64,000 nucleotides of DNA from assembly GCA_012517735.1 (NCBI GenBank), contig JAAYUK010000063.1, positions 2,671 through 66,670 of the forward strand, read 5' to 3'. This stretch comes from Nitrospiraceae bacterium. GTDB taxonomy: Bacteria > Nitrospirota > Thermodesulfovibrionia > Thermodesulfovibrionales > Dissulfurispiraceae. Below the pieces are notes generated by a model. The model saw only the letters and a program-made list of their open reading frames with translations, ran no database searches and was not told the DNA's origin. The position numbers and the translations under genes are program-made. Shown here piece by piece: positions 26,876 to 36,564 of this stretch (position 1 is its first letter; each line of letters starts with the position of its first letter).

Positions 26876-28236
26876 TCCTGGCCGATATTCTCGCAGCTAC
26901 CGGCGGGAAGGTTCTGGCGGCTGGACCAGAGGAGTTTTCCGGGGTTTCGATCGACTCGCGTTCGATTGCAGACGGTGAACTGTTTTTTGCGCTGCGTGGA
27001 GAGAATCATGACGGTCATGCGTATCTTTCGTCTGCATTACAAAAGGGAGGCGGGGCCGTTGTCTCGGCGGACCATGACCTTTCTCATCTGGCTGCTGCTG
27101 GAGCGAACAGGACGATTATCGCGGTCAGCGATCCGCTGAAGGCCTTGCAAGCCGCTGCCGCTTACCGGCGCAAGAGATTCCAGGGGACGGTGATCGGCAT
27201 TGTCGGCAGCAATGGCAAGACGACGACCAAGGAGCTTGCAGCGGCTGTGCTGGAAACGAAATATGTAGTCCACAAAACGACCGGCAATCTGAATAATCAC
27301 ATCGGCCTTCCCCTGTCCCTGCTCCGTGCGCCGGAGCGGGCCGAGGTTCTGGTCATGGAGATGGGCACAAACCGGCCGGGGGATGTTCGTGAACTCTGCG
27401 AAATAGCGCAGCCCACCGTTGGTGTCGTCACCAATATCGGTATGGAACACCTTCAGGGCTTCGGCACGCTTGAGGGGGTGCGCGATGCGGAGCTGGAGCT
27501 GCTGCCCTATATCCGGACCGTTGTTGTGAACGGCGATGACGACTTTCTCATGGCTGGCGTGAAGGAGCGTTTTCAGGGTAAAATAATAACCTTTGGCATC
27601 AATTCACCCCATGCGTCCGTGAGAGGGCTGGATTGCACGCCCAATGCGCAGGGCACCCGTTTTCTGCTCGAAACGGCAACGGGGCGCATACCGGTCGACC
27701 TTCGGCTCTTTGGAATGTTCAATGTTGCCAATGCCCTTGCGGCGGCGGCGGTTGGCGCCGAGGCCGGTGTGCCGCTTGAGGGTATCCGCGCCGGAATCGG
27801 GGCCTTTTCGGGTGTTGCCATGCGTTTTTCGGTGAGGCGGCAGGACGGCATAACCTGGCTGGCGGATATGTACAATGCGAACCCGTCTTCCATGGAGGTG
27901 TCGGTTGATGAGCTGCTTCGTTTTTGTGGTGAGGGGAAACGGGCTGTTGCGGTGCTTGGCGACATGCTGGAGCTTGGGGATCGTGCTGGTGAACTGCACG
28001 AGGAATTGGGCAGGCGCCTTGCCCGGCAGGGGGTTGGGCTGTTTATCGGTGTGGGGCCGCTCATGAAGGCTGCAGTTGCAGCATTCGGAACCGGTGCGTG
28101 CGCGGCAGACGATGCTGCGCAGGCTGCAGAACTGCTCAGACAGCGGCTTCTGCCGGAGGATGTGGTTCTTGTCAAAGGATCGCGGGGCATGCGCATGGAG
28201 CGGGTTTGTGAAGCACTCGGCGTAGGCCTGACATAA
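26869..28236 (+). CDS. murF: UDP-N-acetylmuramoyl-tripeptide--D-alanyl-D-alanine ligase
   Basis: ..SIDSRSI..GELFFALRGENHDGH..GIVGSNGKTTTKE..MEMGTNRPGD..YNANPSSM..LVKGSRGM. Confidence 0.93.
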   Translation: MLILADILAATGGKVLAAGPEEFSGVSIDSRSIADGELFFALRGENHDGHAYLSSALQKGGGAVVSADHDLSHLAAAGANRTIIAVSDPLKALQAAAAYRRKRFQGTVIGIVGSNGKTTTKELAAAVLETKYVVHKTTGNLNNHIGLPLSLLRAPERAEVLVMEMGTNRPGDVRELCEIAQPTVGVVTNIGMEHLQGFGTLEGVRDAELELLPYIRTVVVNGDDDFLMAGVKERFQGKIITFGINSPHASVRGLDCTPNAQGTRFLLETATGRIPVDLRLFGMFNVANALAAAAVGAEAGVPLEGIRAGIGAFSGVAMRFSVRRQDGITWLADMYNANPSSMEVSVDELLRFCGEGKRAVAVLGDMLELGDRAGELHEELGRRLARQGVGLFIGVGPLMKAAVAAFGTGACAADDAAQAAELLRQRLLPEDVVLVKGSRGMRMERVCEALGVGLT

Positions 28237-28259
28237 TTCGGGGGGATCGCAAGGAGATC

Positions 28260-29342
28260 ATGTTGTACGAGCTTTTATATGGATTGACCGATGTGAGTTC
28301 GGTCTTCAACGTATTCCGGTATATTACCTTCCGGACATCGCTTGCAGCGCTGACCGCGCTGATGGTGACGTTTCTTGCTGCGCCTGCCATCATTGCATGG
28401 CTGAGGCAGATCAGTATGACCCAGCAGATTCGGGACGACGGGCCGCAGACGCATCTGAAAAAAGCGGGTACGCCGACCATGGGCGGGCTGATCATTCTTC
28501 TTGCCGTGACGGTTGCCATGATGCTGTGGGGCAATTTCCGGAATGTCTACACTTGGGTGATCATGATTGCGCTGCTCGGCTTCGGCGCAATCGGCTTCTG
28601 GGATGATTACCTGAAAGTGATCAAAAAGAATCCGAAGGGGTTGCGCGCACTGTACAAATTCGGCGCCCAGATGCTGCTGTCGCTGGTGATCGGCATCTTT
28701 CTCTATGCCAACCCCCTTGATCCCTATTCAACAGTACTCAGTGTGCCGTTTTTCAAAAAATGGCTTTTCGATATCGGCATTTTTTATATCCCCTTTTCGG
28801 TTTTCGTTATTGTCGGATCGTCCAATGCCGTAAATCTCACGGACGGCATTGACGGACTGGCGATCGGTCTTGTAGCAATCGCAACCATCGCCAACGGGGC
28901 GCTCACCTATGTGTCCGGGCACGCGCAGTTTGCGCGCTATCTCCAGGTGCTCTTTCTGCCGGGAATCGGGGAGCTGACCGTTTTTTGCGGAGCGCTGCTT
29001 GGTGCAGCGCTGGGCTTCCTCTGGTACAACGCCTACCCGGCAGAGGTGTTCATGGGGGATGTCGGATCGCTTTCGATCGGCGGAGCGCTCGGTACGCTTG
29101 CCGTCATCACCAAGCATGAAATTGTGCTCGCCGTGGTCGGCGGCATATTCGTCATCGAGACGCTCTCGGTTGTGCTGCAGGTTGCCTCGTTCAAGATGAC
29201 CGGCAAACGGATTTTCCGGATGGCGCCGATTCATCACCACTTTGAACTGAAGGGATGGTCAGAGCCCAAAGTGATCGTGCGCTTCTGGATTGCCGGAATA
29301 ATACTTGCACTCTTCAGTCTGGCGACCTTAAAATTACGGTGA
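28260..29342 (+). CDS. mraY: Phospho-N-acetylmuramoyl-pentapeptide-transferase
   Basis: ..KAGTPTMGG..NAVNLTDGIDGLA..FMGDVGSL..APIHHHFE... Confidence 0.96.
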   Translation: MLYELLYGLTDVSSVFNVFRYITFRTSLAALTALMVTFLAAPAIIAWLRQISMTQQIRDDGPQTHLKKAGTPTMGGLIILLAVTVAMMLWGNFRNVYTWVIMIALLGFGAIGFWDDYLKVIKKNPKGLRALYKFGAQMLLSLVIGIFLYANPLDPYSTVLSVPFFKKWLFDIGIFYIPFSVFVIVGSSNAVNLTDGIDGLAIGLVAIATIANGALTYVSGHAQFARYLQVLFLPGIGELTVFCGALLGAALGFLWYNAYPAEVFMGDVGSLSIGGALGTLAVITKHEIVLAVVGGIFVIETLSVVLQVASFKMTGKRIFRMAPIHHHFELKGWSEPKVIVRFWIAGIILALFSLATLKLR

Positions 29343-29357
29343 GGGGGAAATAACCCT

Positions 29358-30425
29358 ATGATACGGAAGAATAGGATATTGAGATCGGGCTTGTATTTCT
29401 GCATGAGCGCAATGGTTCTCGCGTATGCATCGCTCGTCCATGCGTCAGCCGGAGAGCTTCCTGCGGCAGCTGCGCTCGTGATGGATGCTTCGAGTGAAAA
29501 AATCCTGTATGCGAAGAATCCGAATCTCAAGCTGCGGCCTGCCAGTACGACCAAGCTGATTACCGCAATGGTCGCACTTGATCGTCTGGACCCCGACGCG
29601 ATGGTCCGCATCAGCGATCATGCGGCAAAAACGCCATCGGTCTCTCCGCGTCTGCGGACGGGAGAGCAATTTTCGGTCAGGAGTCTTCTCGCGCTCGCAC
29701 TGATGCGTTCGGTGAACAGCGCAGCCGTTGCGCTTGCCGAGGCCGCCGCGGGGTCGGAATATGCATTCACCGAACTCATGAACCGCAAGGCGGTTGAGCT
29801 GGGTGCCGACAATTCCCGGTTCATCAATGCCTCGGGACTGCCCGGACCGAACCAGTATGTGACTGCATACGATCTGGCGAGGATCATGAAAGCGGCATTA
29901 CAGTATCCCATGATTGCGGACCTCATCTATACCCGGACCCTGACCGTCGTTTCCACAAGCGGCAGAAAGCTCGCCGTCAAAAATACGAATGAGCTTCTCT
30001 GGGATGACAGCGGCATGCTTGGCGGCAAGACCGGTTTCACACGCGAAGCCCGGCACTGCTTTGTCGCTGCGTCGAACCGGAATGGCAACACCATCATTTC
30101 GGTGGTGCTTGGTGAGCCGCATCGGCCCGATCTCTGGCAGGACACGTCCCGTCTGATCGCCCGCGGAGACGATGTCATGCACCGTCGCGCCGAGCCGGTC
30201 ATTACTTACAGCAGCGCGAGCGAGAGTCCGGTGGTGTTTGCCACCTATTCGCACGGATCGCAGAAAAAAGGGAAGGCTGCAGCCTATTCCAAGAAAAAGA
30301 AATCGGGTTCCGAGTCGTCTTCGGTCAAGGCGAAGAAGACGAAGAAAAACGTTAAAAAGAATCCGGTGAAAAAAACCGGGAAAAAGATAACTGCAGGGAA
30401 TTCGCGTTCCACGGGGAGATCATAG
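29358..30425 (+). CDS. D-alanyl-D-alanine carboxypeptidase (S11, PBP5/6-like) with Lys-rich C-terminal tail
   Basis: Signal peptide. Motifs SxxK (PASTTK), SxN (SVNSAA), KTG (GKTGFT). Tail ..KKKKSGSESSSVKAKKTKKNVKKNPVKKTGKK. Confidence 0.88.
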   Translation: MIRKNRILRSGLYFCMSAMVLAYASLVHASAGELPAAAALVMDASSEKILYAKNPNLKLRPASTTKLITAMVALDRLDPDAMVRISDHAAKTPSVSPRLRTGEQFSVRSLLALALMRSVNSAAVALAEAAAGSEYAFTELMNRKAVELGADNSRFINASGLPGPNQYVTAYDLARIMKAALQYPMIADLIYTRTLTVVSTSGRKLAVKNTNELLWDDSGMLGGKTGFTREARHCFVAASNRNGNTIISVVLGEPHRPDLWQDTSRLIARGDDVMHRRAEPVITYSSASESPVVFATYSHGSQKKGKAAAYSKKKKSGSESSSVKAKKTKKNVKKNPVKKTGKKITAGNSRSTGRS

Positions 30426-30437
30426 GGGGACCGAAGA

Positions 30438-31850
30438 ATGATGCTTGCTGTGGAGGGGAAAAACGCAGTCGTCGTCGGCTTTGCGCGGAGCGGCGTCGGA
30501 GCGGCTCATCTGCTCGTTCATCTCGGAGCGCGGGTGACCATCAACGATGCGAAGCCTGCTGACGGGTTCGGCGAGCGGCTCCGTCAGCTGAATCCGTCGA
30601 TTCGTACGGTATTCGGTTCGCATCCGGCCGATCTGTTTTTGTCCGCAGACCTGATTGTTGTCAGCCCCGGGGTTCCCGCTGACCTGCCTGTCCTGAAAGA
30701 TGCGGCTGCGCGCGGCATTCCGCTCATTGGAGAGCTTGAGCTTGCATATGCAGCCGTGCGTCAGTTTCTTCCCGCGGGACGCAAAACGCCGCGGTTTCTC
30801 GCGATAACCGGTACAAACGGCAAATCAACGACGACGACGCTGCTTCATGCAATGATGGTGGCGGGTGGTTTCAATGCGATCCTTTGCGGCAATATCGGCA
30901 CGGCAATCAGTGAGATGGTGCTGGAGAGCGGTGTGCTGGATGCGCGAAGTGCAAAGCCGCCGGTCGATTTTTTTGTTGTGGAGCTTTCGAGTTTTCAGCT
31001 CGAAACCATAGTCAGCTTCCGTCCTTCGGGGGCGGCAATCCTGAATCTGACGCCGGATCATCTCGACCGGTATCACGAGATGGGCGGTTATATAGCTGCC
31101 AAGTGCCGTATTTTCGAGAACCAGGGGAAAAACGATGTCCTGGTGCTGAACGCGGATGATCCATATACTCCGATGCTTGATTTGCAGTGGCAGAGAGATA
31201 CGGAAGTGCCGAATGTCCTCTACTTCAGCAGGAAGCAGGCTGTTCGGGGCGCCTCGATCGAAAACGGCAAGGTGGCGCTCAATTTCGACGGTGTGCATGA
31301 GATTCTGGACCCTGCGGATTTCATGATCAAGGGGGTCCACAATATTGAAAATGCCATGGCTGCTGCGCTGATCGCTCTTTCTGCCGGATGTCCGGCAGAT
31401 GCGGTCAGGACTGCGCTCAGGACGTTTCCGGGGCTTGAGCATCGTCTTGAACCGGTTCGCATCCTTGACGGCGTGCAGTATATCAACGACTCGAAGGGAA
31501 CCAATGTTGGCGCGGTGCTCAAGTCGCTCGAAGGGTACGAAACGCCCGTAATCCTGATTGCCGGCGGACGCGACAAGGACAGTGATTTCAGGCTTTTGCG
31601 GGATGCTGTGCGCTCGCATGTCAAGGCATTGGTGCTTATCGGTGAGGCTGCCGGGAAAATAGCCGATGCCGTGGGCGACCTTACTGTCGTATACCGCGAA
31701 GCCGATCTCCGGTCTGCGGTGGCCCGTTGCCGGACGCTTGCAACCCCGGGAGATACGGTCCTGCTCTCTCCGGCCTGCGCGAGTTTTGACATGTTCCGTG
31801 ACTTTGAGGATCGGGGCCGACAGTTCAAGGATCTGGTGCGGGAGTTATGA
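30438..31850 (+). CDS. murD: UDP-N-acetylmuramoylalanine--D-glutamate ligase
   Basis: ..VVGFARSG..ITGTNGKSTTT..LELSSFQLE..NLTPDHLDR..NDSKGTN... Confidence 0.94.
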   Translation: MMLAVEGKNAVVVGFARSGVGAAHLLVHLGARVTINDAKPADGFGERLRQLNPSIRTVFGSHPADLFLSADLIVVSPGVPADLPVLKDAAARGIPLIGELELAYAAVRQFLPAGRKTPRFLAITGTNGKSTTTTLLHAMMVAGGFNAILCGNIGTAISEMVLESGVLDARSAKPPVDFFVVELSSFQLETIVSFRPSGAAILNLTPDHLDRYHEMGGYIAAKCRIFENQGKNDVLVLNADDPYTPMLDLQWQRDTEVPNVLYFSRKQAVRGASIENGKVALNFDGVHEILDPADFMIKGVHNIENAMAAALIALSAGCPADAVRTALRTFPGLEHRLEPVRILDGVQYINDSKGTNVGAVLKSLEGYETPVILIAGGRDKDSDFRLLRDAVRSHVKALVLIGEAAGKIADAVGDLTVVYREADLRSAVARCRTLATPGDTVLLSPACASFDMFRDFEDRGRQFKDLVREL

Positions 31851-33094
31851 CTCAGCGGTATGACCGCGTCCTGATTGTCCTCGTTTCCCTGCTTATCCTG
31901 ATCGGACTCACCGCTGTCTACAGCTCCACTTCGGTTGTCTCGCCGAGCGTAGTCGAAAAGCACAAGGACAAAGGCACGGAAGCGAGTCAGTTCAGCTTCA
32001 TCAGAAAACAGATTCTCACGGTCGGCATGGGATTGGTGGTCCTGGTTGCCGCATGCCGCGTACCGCTGCCGTGGCTGAAAAAAGCGGCGATTCCGTTACT
32101 GATTCTTTCGCTGATTCTTCTGGTTCTGGTTTTTACGCCAATGGGCATGAGTGCCGGCGGCGCACGGCGCTGGCTGAGGCTCTGGCCGTCGACCTTTCAG
32201 CCGTCTGAACTGGTCAAGCTGGCGATGGTGTTGTTTCTCGCTTGGTATATGAGTCTTCCCGGCTACCGGAAAGAGCGCTTCACATCGTTTGTCGTCCCGA
32301 TCGCCATCATGGGTGTTTTCAGTGCGATTTTCCTGAAACAGCCTGATTTCGGTGCCACGATGAGTCTCGCCGTGCTGACGCTCTCGATGCTGTTTATCGG
32401 AGGAGTGCGCCTTCGCTATCTGGCAATACTCGCCGGTCTTGCGGTTCCGATCGTAATAAAACTGGCGATGGAACCCTATCGGCTGAAGCGAATCACCGCA
32501 TTTCTCGATCCCTGGCAGTATTCACAGAAAGAGGGGTATCAGCTGGTACAATCATTTATTGCACTCGGAAGCGGCGGCGTACAGGGGGTCGGTCTGGGTG
32601 AGAGCAAACAGAAATTGGCATTCTTGCCCGAGGTGCATACGGACTTCATCTTTTCGCTGATCGGCGAGGAATTGGGATTCTTCGGGGCCTCGCTGGTGGT
32701 GCTGCTCTTTTTCGCATTTTTCATTCAGGCGATCAATATTGCGCGGAAGCGGGAAGACCGGTTCGCCCATTATCTGGCGTTCGGTATTGCGATCATGATT
32801 GCGGTTCAGTCGGTGATCAATTTTGCAGTTGTCACCGGCATGGTTCCGACCAAAGGGCTGCCGTTGCCGTTTATCAGCTACGGCGGCTCGTCGCTCATGG
32901 TGAACATGTTTGCGGTCGGTATGTTGTTGAATGTGTCGAAAAACGCCCCGGTAACTGACGGAAGATCATTTTCCCTTCAGGCAGTATCCTCCTCGGATGG
33001 GTGCGGACTGCCGGGCGAATCGCGGTGGCGTCTCGGGTATGGATTCCGGAAGTACGGCAGAAGGCAGCATGCCGATACGCAGGAGGGACGCTGA
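31847..33094 (+). CDS. ftsW: SEDS-family peptidoglycan glycosyltransferase FtsW
   Basis: ..QPSELVKLA..PDFG..SGGV.G.GLG.S.QK..FLPE.HTDFIFS..GEELGF..P.KG..LPFISYGGSS. ATGA overlap with murD. Confidence 0.92.
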   Translation: MTQRYDRVLIVLVSLLILIGLTAVYSSTSVVSPSVVEKHKDKGTEASQFSFIRKQILTVGMGLVVLVAACRVPLPWLKKAAIPLLILSLILLVLVFTPMGMSAGGARRWLRLWPSTFQPSELVKLAMVLFLAWYMSLPGYRKERFTSFVVPIAIMGVFSAIFLKQPDFGATMSLAVLTLSMLFIGGVRLRYLAILAGLAVPIVIKLAMEPYRLKRITAFLDPWQYSQKEGYQLVQSFIALGSGGVQGVGLGESKQKLAFLPEVHTDFIFSLIGEELGFFGASLVVLLFFAFFIQAINIARKREDRFAHYLAFGIAIMIAVQSVINFAVVTGMVPTKGLPLPFISYGGSSLMVNMFAVGMLLNVSKNAPVTDGRSFSLQAVSSSDGCGLPGESRWRLGYGFRKYGRRQHADTQEGR

Positions 33095-34191
33095 TGAGAG
33101 TCCTGATAGCGGGCGGCGGCACCGGCGGACACGTCTTTCCGGGAATCGCGATCGCAGATGCCCTGCGCGAGCAGGGTGCCGTGTCGGAAGTTGTCTTTGT
33201 CGGTACGGAAAAAGGGCTTGAGGCGCGGGTGGTGCCGCAGGCGGGATATCAACTGGAGACACTCCATGCAGCAGGCTTTGTCGGGAAATCCGCATTGGGA
33301 AAGATCCGCTCGCTCTGGATATTGCTGCAGTCGTTTCGAGAAGCGCGCGCTCTTCTTCAGCGCATGCGGCCGCATCTGGTGATCGGTGTCGGCGGATACG
33401 CTTCGTTCAGTACCGTGATTGCAGCGCATTTCCGGGATATTCCAACCCTGATTCATGAGCAGAACGCAGTGCCCGGCCTGGCGAATCGGCAGCTTGCGCG
33501 CTTTGTCGATGCGATTGCGGTTACGTATCAGGAGAGCATGCCGTTCTTTCCGCAGGAAAAAACAATACTCACCGGCAATCCGGTGCGGAAGGGCATGCTC
33601 AAGGTGGATGAGCGGGCGGCGCGGGCGCTGTTTCAGCTCGACCCGGACCGTTTCACCATTTTTGTCTTTGGCGGCAGCACCGGTGCGCGGCGAATCAATC
33701 GCGCGGTTGCCGAAGCGCTCGGTCTGCTTGCCGATCTGCGGGACCGTATTCAGTTTATTCATCAGACCGGCGAGTCCGACCATGAGGACATTGCGCGGGT
33801 CTATAGCGATCTCGGATTCAGCGGCATAGTCGTGCCGTTTGTCTATAACATGGCCGAGGCATATGCGCTCGCCGATGTTGTGCTTTGCCGGGCCGGGGCG
33901 ACGACCCTGTCGGAGATTACCGCCATCGGCAAAGCGGCCATATTGGTGCCGTATCCGCATGCAGCGTCGAATCATCAGGAGCTCAATGCCAGAAAGCTCG
34001 AAGATATGGGGGCTGCGCGCGTTGTTCTCGATCGGGAACTGTCGGGCGAACGGATTGCAGAGCTGTTCAGGACGCTCTACCTTGATGAACGGATGCGTTC
34101 CGAACTGGAGCGGCAGGCGGCTGCGTTCGGTCGTCTCGATGCCGCGGACCGGATCGTCCAGTTAGCCATGAGTCTTGTTCGGAAAGGATAA
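33094..34191 (+). CDS. murG: UDP-N-acetylglucosamine--N-acetylmuramyl-(pentapeptide) pyrophosphoryl-undecaprenol GlcNAc transferase
   Basis: MRVLIAGGGTGGHVFPG..GGYAS..IHEQNAVPGLANR..GGSTGA..RAGATTLSE..HQE.NA. ATG at 33094 abuts the ftsW stop. Confidence 0.95.
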   Translation: MRVLIAGGGTGGHVFPGIAIADALREQGAVSEVVFVGTEKGLEARVVPQAGYQLETLHAAGFVGKSALGKIRSLWILLQSFREARALLQRMRPHLVIGVGGYASFSTVIAAHFRDIPTLIHEQNAVPGLANRQLARFVDAIAVTYQESMPFFPQEKTILTGNPVRKGMLKVDERAARALFQLDPDRFTIFVFGGSTGARRINRAVAEALGLLADLRDRIQFIHQTGESDHEDIARVYSDLGFSGIVVPFVYNMAEAYALADVVLCRAGATTLSEITAIGKAAILVPYPHAASNHQELNARKLEDMGAARVVLDRELSGERIAELFRTLYLDERMRSELERQAAAFGRLDAADRIVQLAMSLVRKG

Positions 34192-34195
34192 ATCC

Positions 34196-35569
34196 ATGTT
34201 TACACGATATCAGGCCATCCATTTTGTCGGCATAGGCGGCGTCGGCATGAGCGGCATCGCCGAGGTGCTGCATAATCTGGGATACGATGTGACCGGATCG
34301 GATATGCGTGAGTCGGAAACGACGGCGCGGCTCCGGGAGCTCGGCATCCGCATATTCATCGGCCATCACGCATCGAATGTCGGACGGTCGCACGTTGTCG
34401 TCATTTCTTCGGCCGTATCCGCCGAAAACCCTGAGGTGGTCGCTGCACAGCGCAAATCGATACCGGTAATTCCCCGCGCCGAGATGCTTGCCGAGCTCGG
34501 ACGTCTGAAATACGGTATTCTCGTGGCTGGTGCCCATGGCAAGACGACGACTACTTCTCTCATGGCAACGATTGTCGGAGAGGCAGGCCTTGATCCGACC
34601 GTGGTTATCGGCGGAAAGCTCAAAGCGATGGGCAGCAATGCAAAGCTGGGCCAGGGCGAGTTTCTCGTTGCCGAAGCCGACGAAAGCGACGGCTCATTTC
34701 TGCGGCTGACACCGACCATTGCGATCATTACGAATATCGACATGGAGCATATGGATTTTTTCGGGACCATGGATGCGCTCAAGGACGCTTTTCTGGAGTT
34801 CATCAACAAGGTTCCGTTCTATGGAGCAGCGGTTGTCTGCATCGAAAATGAGCATGTCCGCGAAATCCTTCCCAAAATCAGCCGGCGGGTTGTGACATAC
34901 GGTCTGAGCGAGGCAGCCGATATCTTTGCGAAGAACATTGCCAGTGCCGGCGCACGCATGCAATATGAAGTGATTGTGCGTGGGGATTCGCTCGGACTAT
35001 TCACGCTTCCGATGCCGGGTGTGCATAACGTGCTGAACAGTTTGAGCGCCATAGCAGCTGCGCTGGAGATTCAGGTGCCGGTTGAGATCATCCGCCGGGG
35101 GCTTGCGCAATTCGGCGGCGTGCACCGGCGTTTCGAATTCAAGGGTGAAGTCGGCGGCATCCGGGTATATGACGACTACGGCCACCATCCGGCGGAGGTG
35201 CAGGCGGTTCTGCATGCTGCGCGGCAGTGTTTTGGAGAGAACCGTATTGTGGTGGTTTTTCAGCCGCATCGCTATACGCGAACCCGCGACCAGATGGAGG
35301 GATTCGCCCGCTCGTTCGACAAGGCAAACGATCTGCTGCTGCTGGATATCTATTCGGCCGGAGAGCAGCCGATCGAGGGTATTTCGGCTGCGATGCTTGC
35401 GCAAAAAATCGCCGAAACCGGCTTCGGGCAAGTTCGTCACATCGGTGAGAAGGATCGAATGTTGGAGACGCTCAGGCGGGAACTCCGCCCAGGCGATGTT
35501 GTTTTCACGCTTGGCGCGGGCGATGTGTACAAGTTGGGTGAACAGTTACTCCGTGAGTACGGAGCGTAA
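34196..35569 (+). CDS. murC: UDP-N-acetylmuramate--L-alanine ligase
   Basis: ..IHFVGIGGVGMSGIAEVL..GAHGKTTTTSL..EADESDGSF..NIDMEH..DDYGHHP... Confidence 0.95.
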   Translation: MFTRYQAIHFVGIGGVGMSGIAEVLHNLGYDVTGSDMRESETTARLRELGIRIFIGHHASNVGRSHVVVISSAVSAENPEVVAAQRKSIPVIPRAEMLAELGRLKYGILVAGAHGKTTTTSLMATIVGEAGLDPTVVIGGKLKAMGSNAKLGQGEFLVAEADESDGSFLRLTPTIAIITNIDMEHMDFFGTMDALKDAFLEFINKVPFYGAAVVCIENEHVREILPKISRRVVTYGLSEAADIFAKNIASAGARMQYEVIVRGDSLGLFTLPMPGVHNVLNSLSAIAAALEIQVPVEIIRRGLAQFGGVHRRFEFKGEVGGIRVYDDYGHHPAEVQAVLHAARQCFGENRIVVVFQPHRYTRTRDQMEGFARSFDKANDLLLLDIYSAGEQPIEGISAAMLAQKIAETGFGQVRHIGEKDRMLETLRRELRPGDVVFTLGAGDVYKLGEQLLREYGA

Positions 35570-35583
35570 CGCCTTCCGGCGGG

Positions 35584-36510
35584 GTGCAGGGCATGACCCG
35601 ATACAAAGCATTTCTTGCGTGGTGCCGCGAGCACGGCATTCACTATGAACTGAACCGGCCGCTTGCCGGGTTGAGCTGGATCGGCATCGGCGGAACTGCC
35701 GATATCCTTGTCTCGCCTCATGTGGCGCATCTCCCGGAAATGCTGGCCAGGTTGCATGCCTGCGGGATTCCTCATTGCATTCTCGGCAAGGGTTCCAATG
35801 TCCTGATAAGCGATGCGGGGGTCCGAGGGGCGGTCATCTGCACGGATCAACTGACCGGGCTTGGGGTTGATTCTGAACGCTTTGTCATTGAGGCCGGTGC
35901 CGGTACCGCCTTGCAGCAGATTGTCCAGCGTGCCGCTGAAAACGGTTTCGCCGGCAGCGAAGGCCTGGCGGGGATCCCCGGGACGATTGCCGGTGCGGTT
36001 GCCGGCAATGCCGGCTCATTCGGGGCCGAGATTGCCGATATTGTGCAGACGGTTGAGATGGCATTGCCTGACGGAACCCTGCGGAGCTTTCCCCCGGTCG
36101 AGCTGCATTTCGGCTACCGTTACGCGGATATCCCTTCAGGAGCGGTCATTACTTCCGTTCGTCTGCAATTCCGGCAGTCTGATGCTGCAGGACTGCTCCG
36201 CCGTGTTCGACGGTTCCGAGCCGAGAAATGGACTCATCAGCCGGTTACCGATCGTTCCTTGGGCTGTGTGTTCAAAAATCCTCCGGGCAATGCCGCCGGA
36301 CGACTGATTGAGGAAGCCGGATGCAAAGGACTCCGTCAGGGAGGAATTGAGGTCAGCCCGGTTCATGCCAATTTTTTTGTCAACCGGGGTGATGGTTCGG
36401 CACGTGATTATCTGACCTTGATGCATCAGGTCCGGGACCGGGTTTTCGCCGTGTCCGGAATAGCGCTCGAACCTGAGATCAGAATGGTAGGGGAATGGAG
36501 ACCCCATTGA
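35584..36510 (+). CDS. murB: UDP-N-acetylenolpyruvoylglucosamine reductase
   Basis: ..IGIGGTADILV..LGKGSNVL..GIPGTIAGAV..NAGSFG..GCVFKNP... Start is GTG at 35584 or ATG at 35593. Confidence 0.92.
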   Translation: MQGMTRYKAFLAWCREHGIHYELNRPLAGLSWIGIGGTADILVSPHVAHLPEMLARLHACGIPHCILGKGSNVLISDAGVRGAVICTDQLTGLGVDSERFVIEAGAGTALQQIVQRAAENGFAGSEGLAGIPGTIAGAVAGNAGSFGAEIADIVQTVEMALPDGTLRSFPPVELHFGYRYADIPSGAVITSVRLQFRQSDAAGLLRRVRRFRAEKWTHQPVTDRSLGCVFKNPPGNAAGRLIEEAGCKGLRQGGIEVSPVHANFFVNRGDGSARDYLTLMHQVRDRVFAVSGIALEPEIRMVGEWRPH

Positions 36511-36564
36511 TTTCACGGCTTTTATCCGCCTCTGGTATACTAGTATGTTTTTCGGGGAGGCTGT

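Noticed and set aside
30744-30751. Additional GCATATGC cores (for example 30744-30751 in murD, also near 16110, 33858 and 57250) as further operator sites.
   Set aside because: They lie in coding sequence and lack the symmetric flanks (GWGCATATGCWC). The 8-mer alone is too frequent here to be meaningful. Only the 12- and 14-bp palindromes in promoters are reported.
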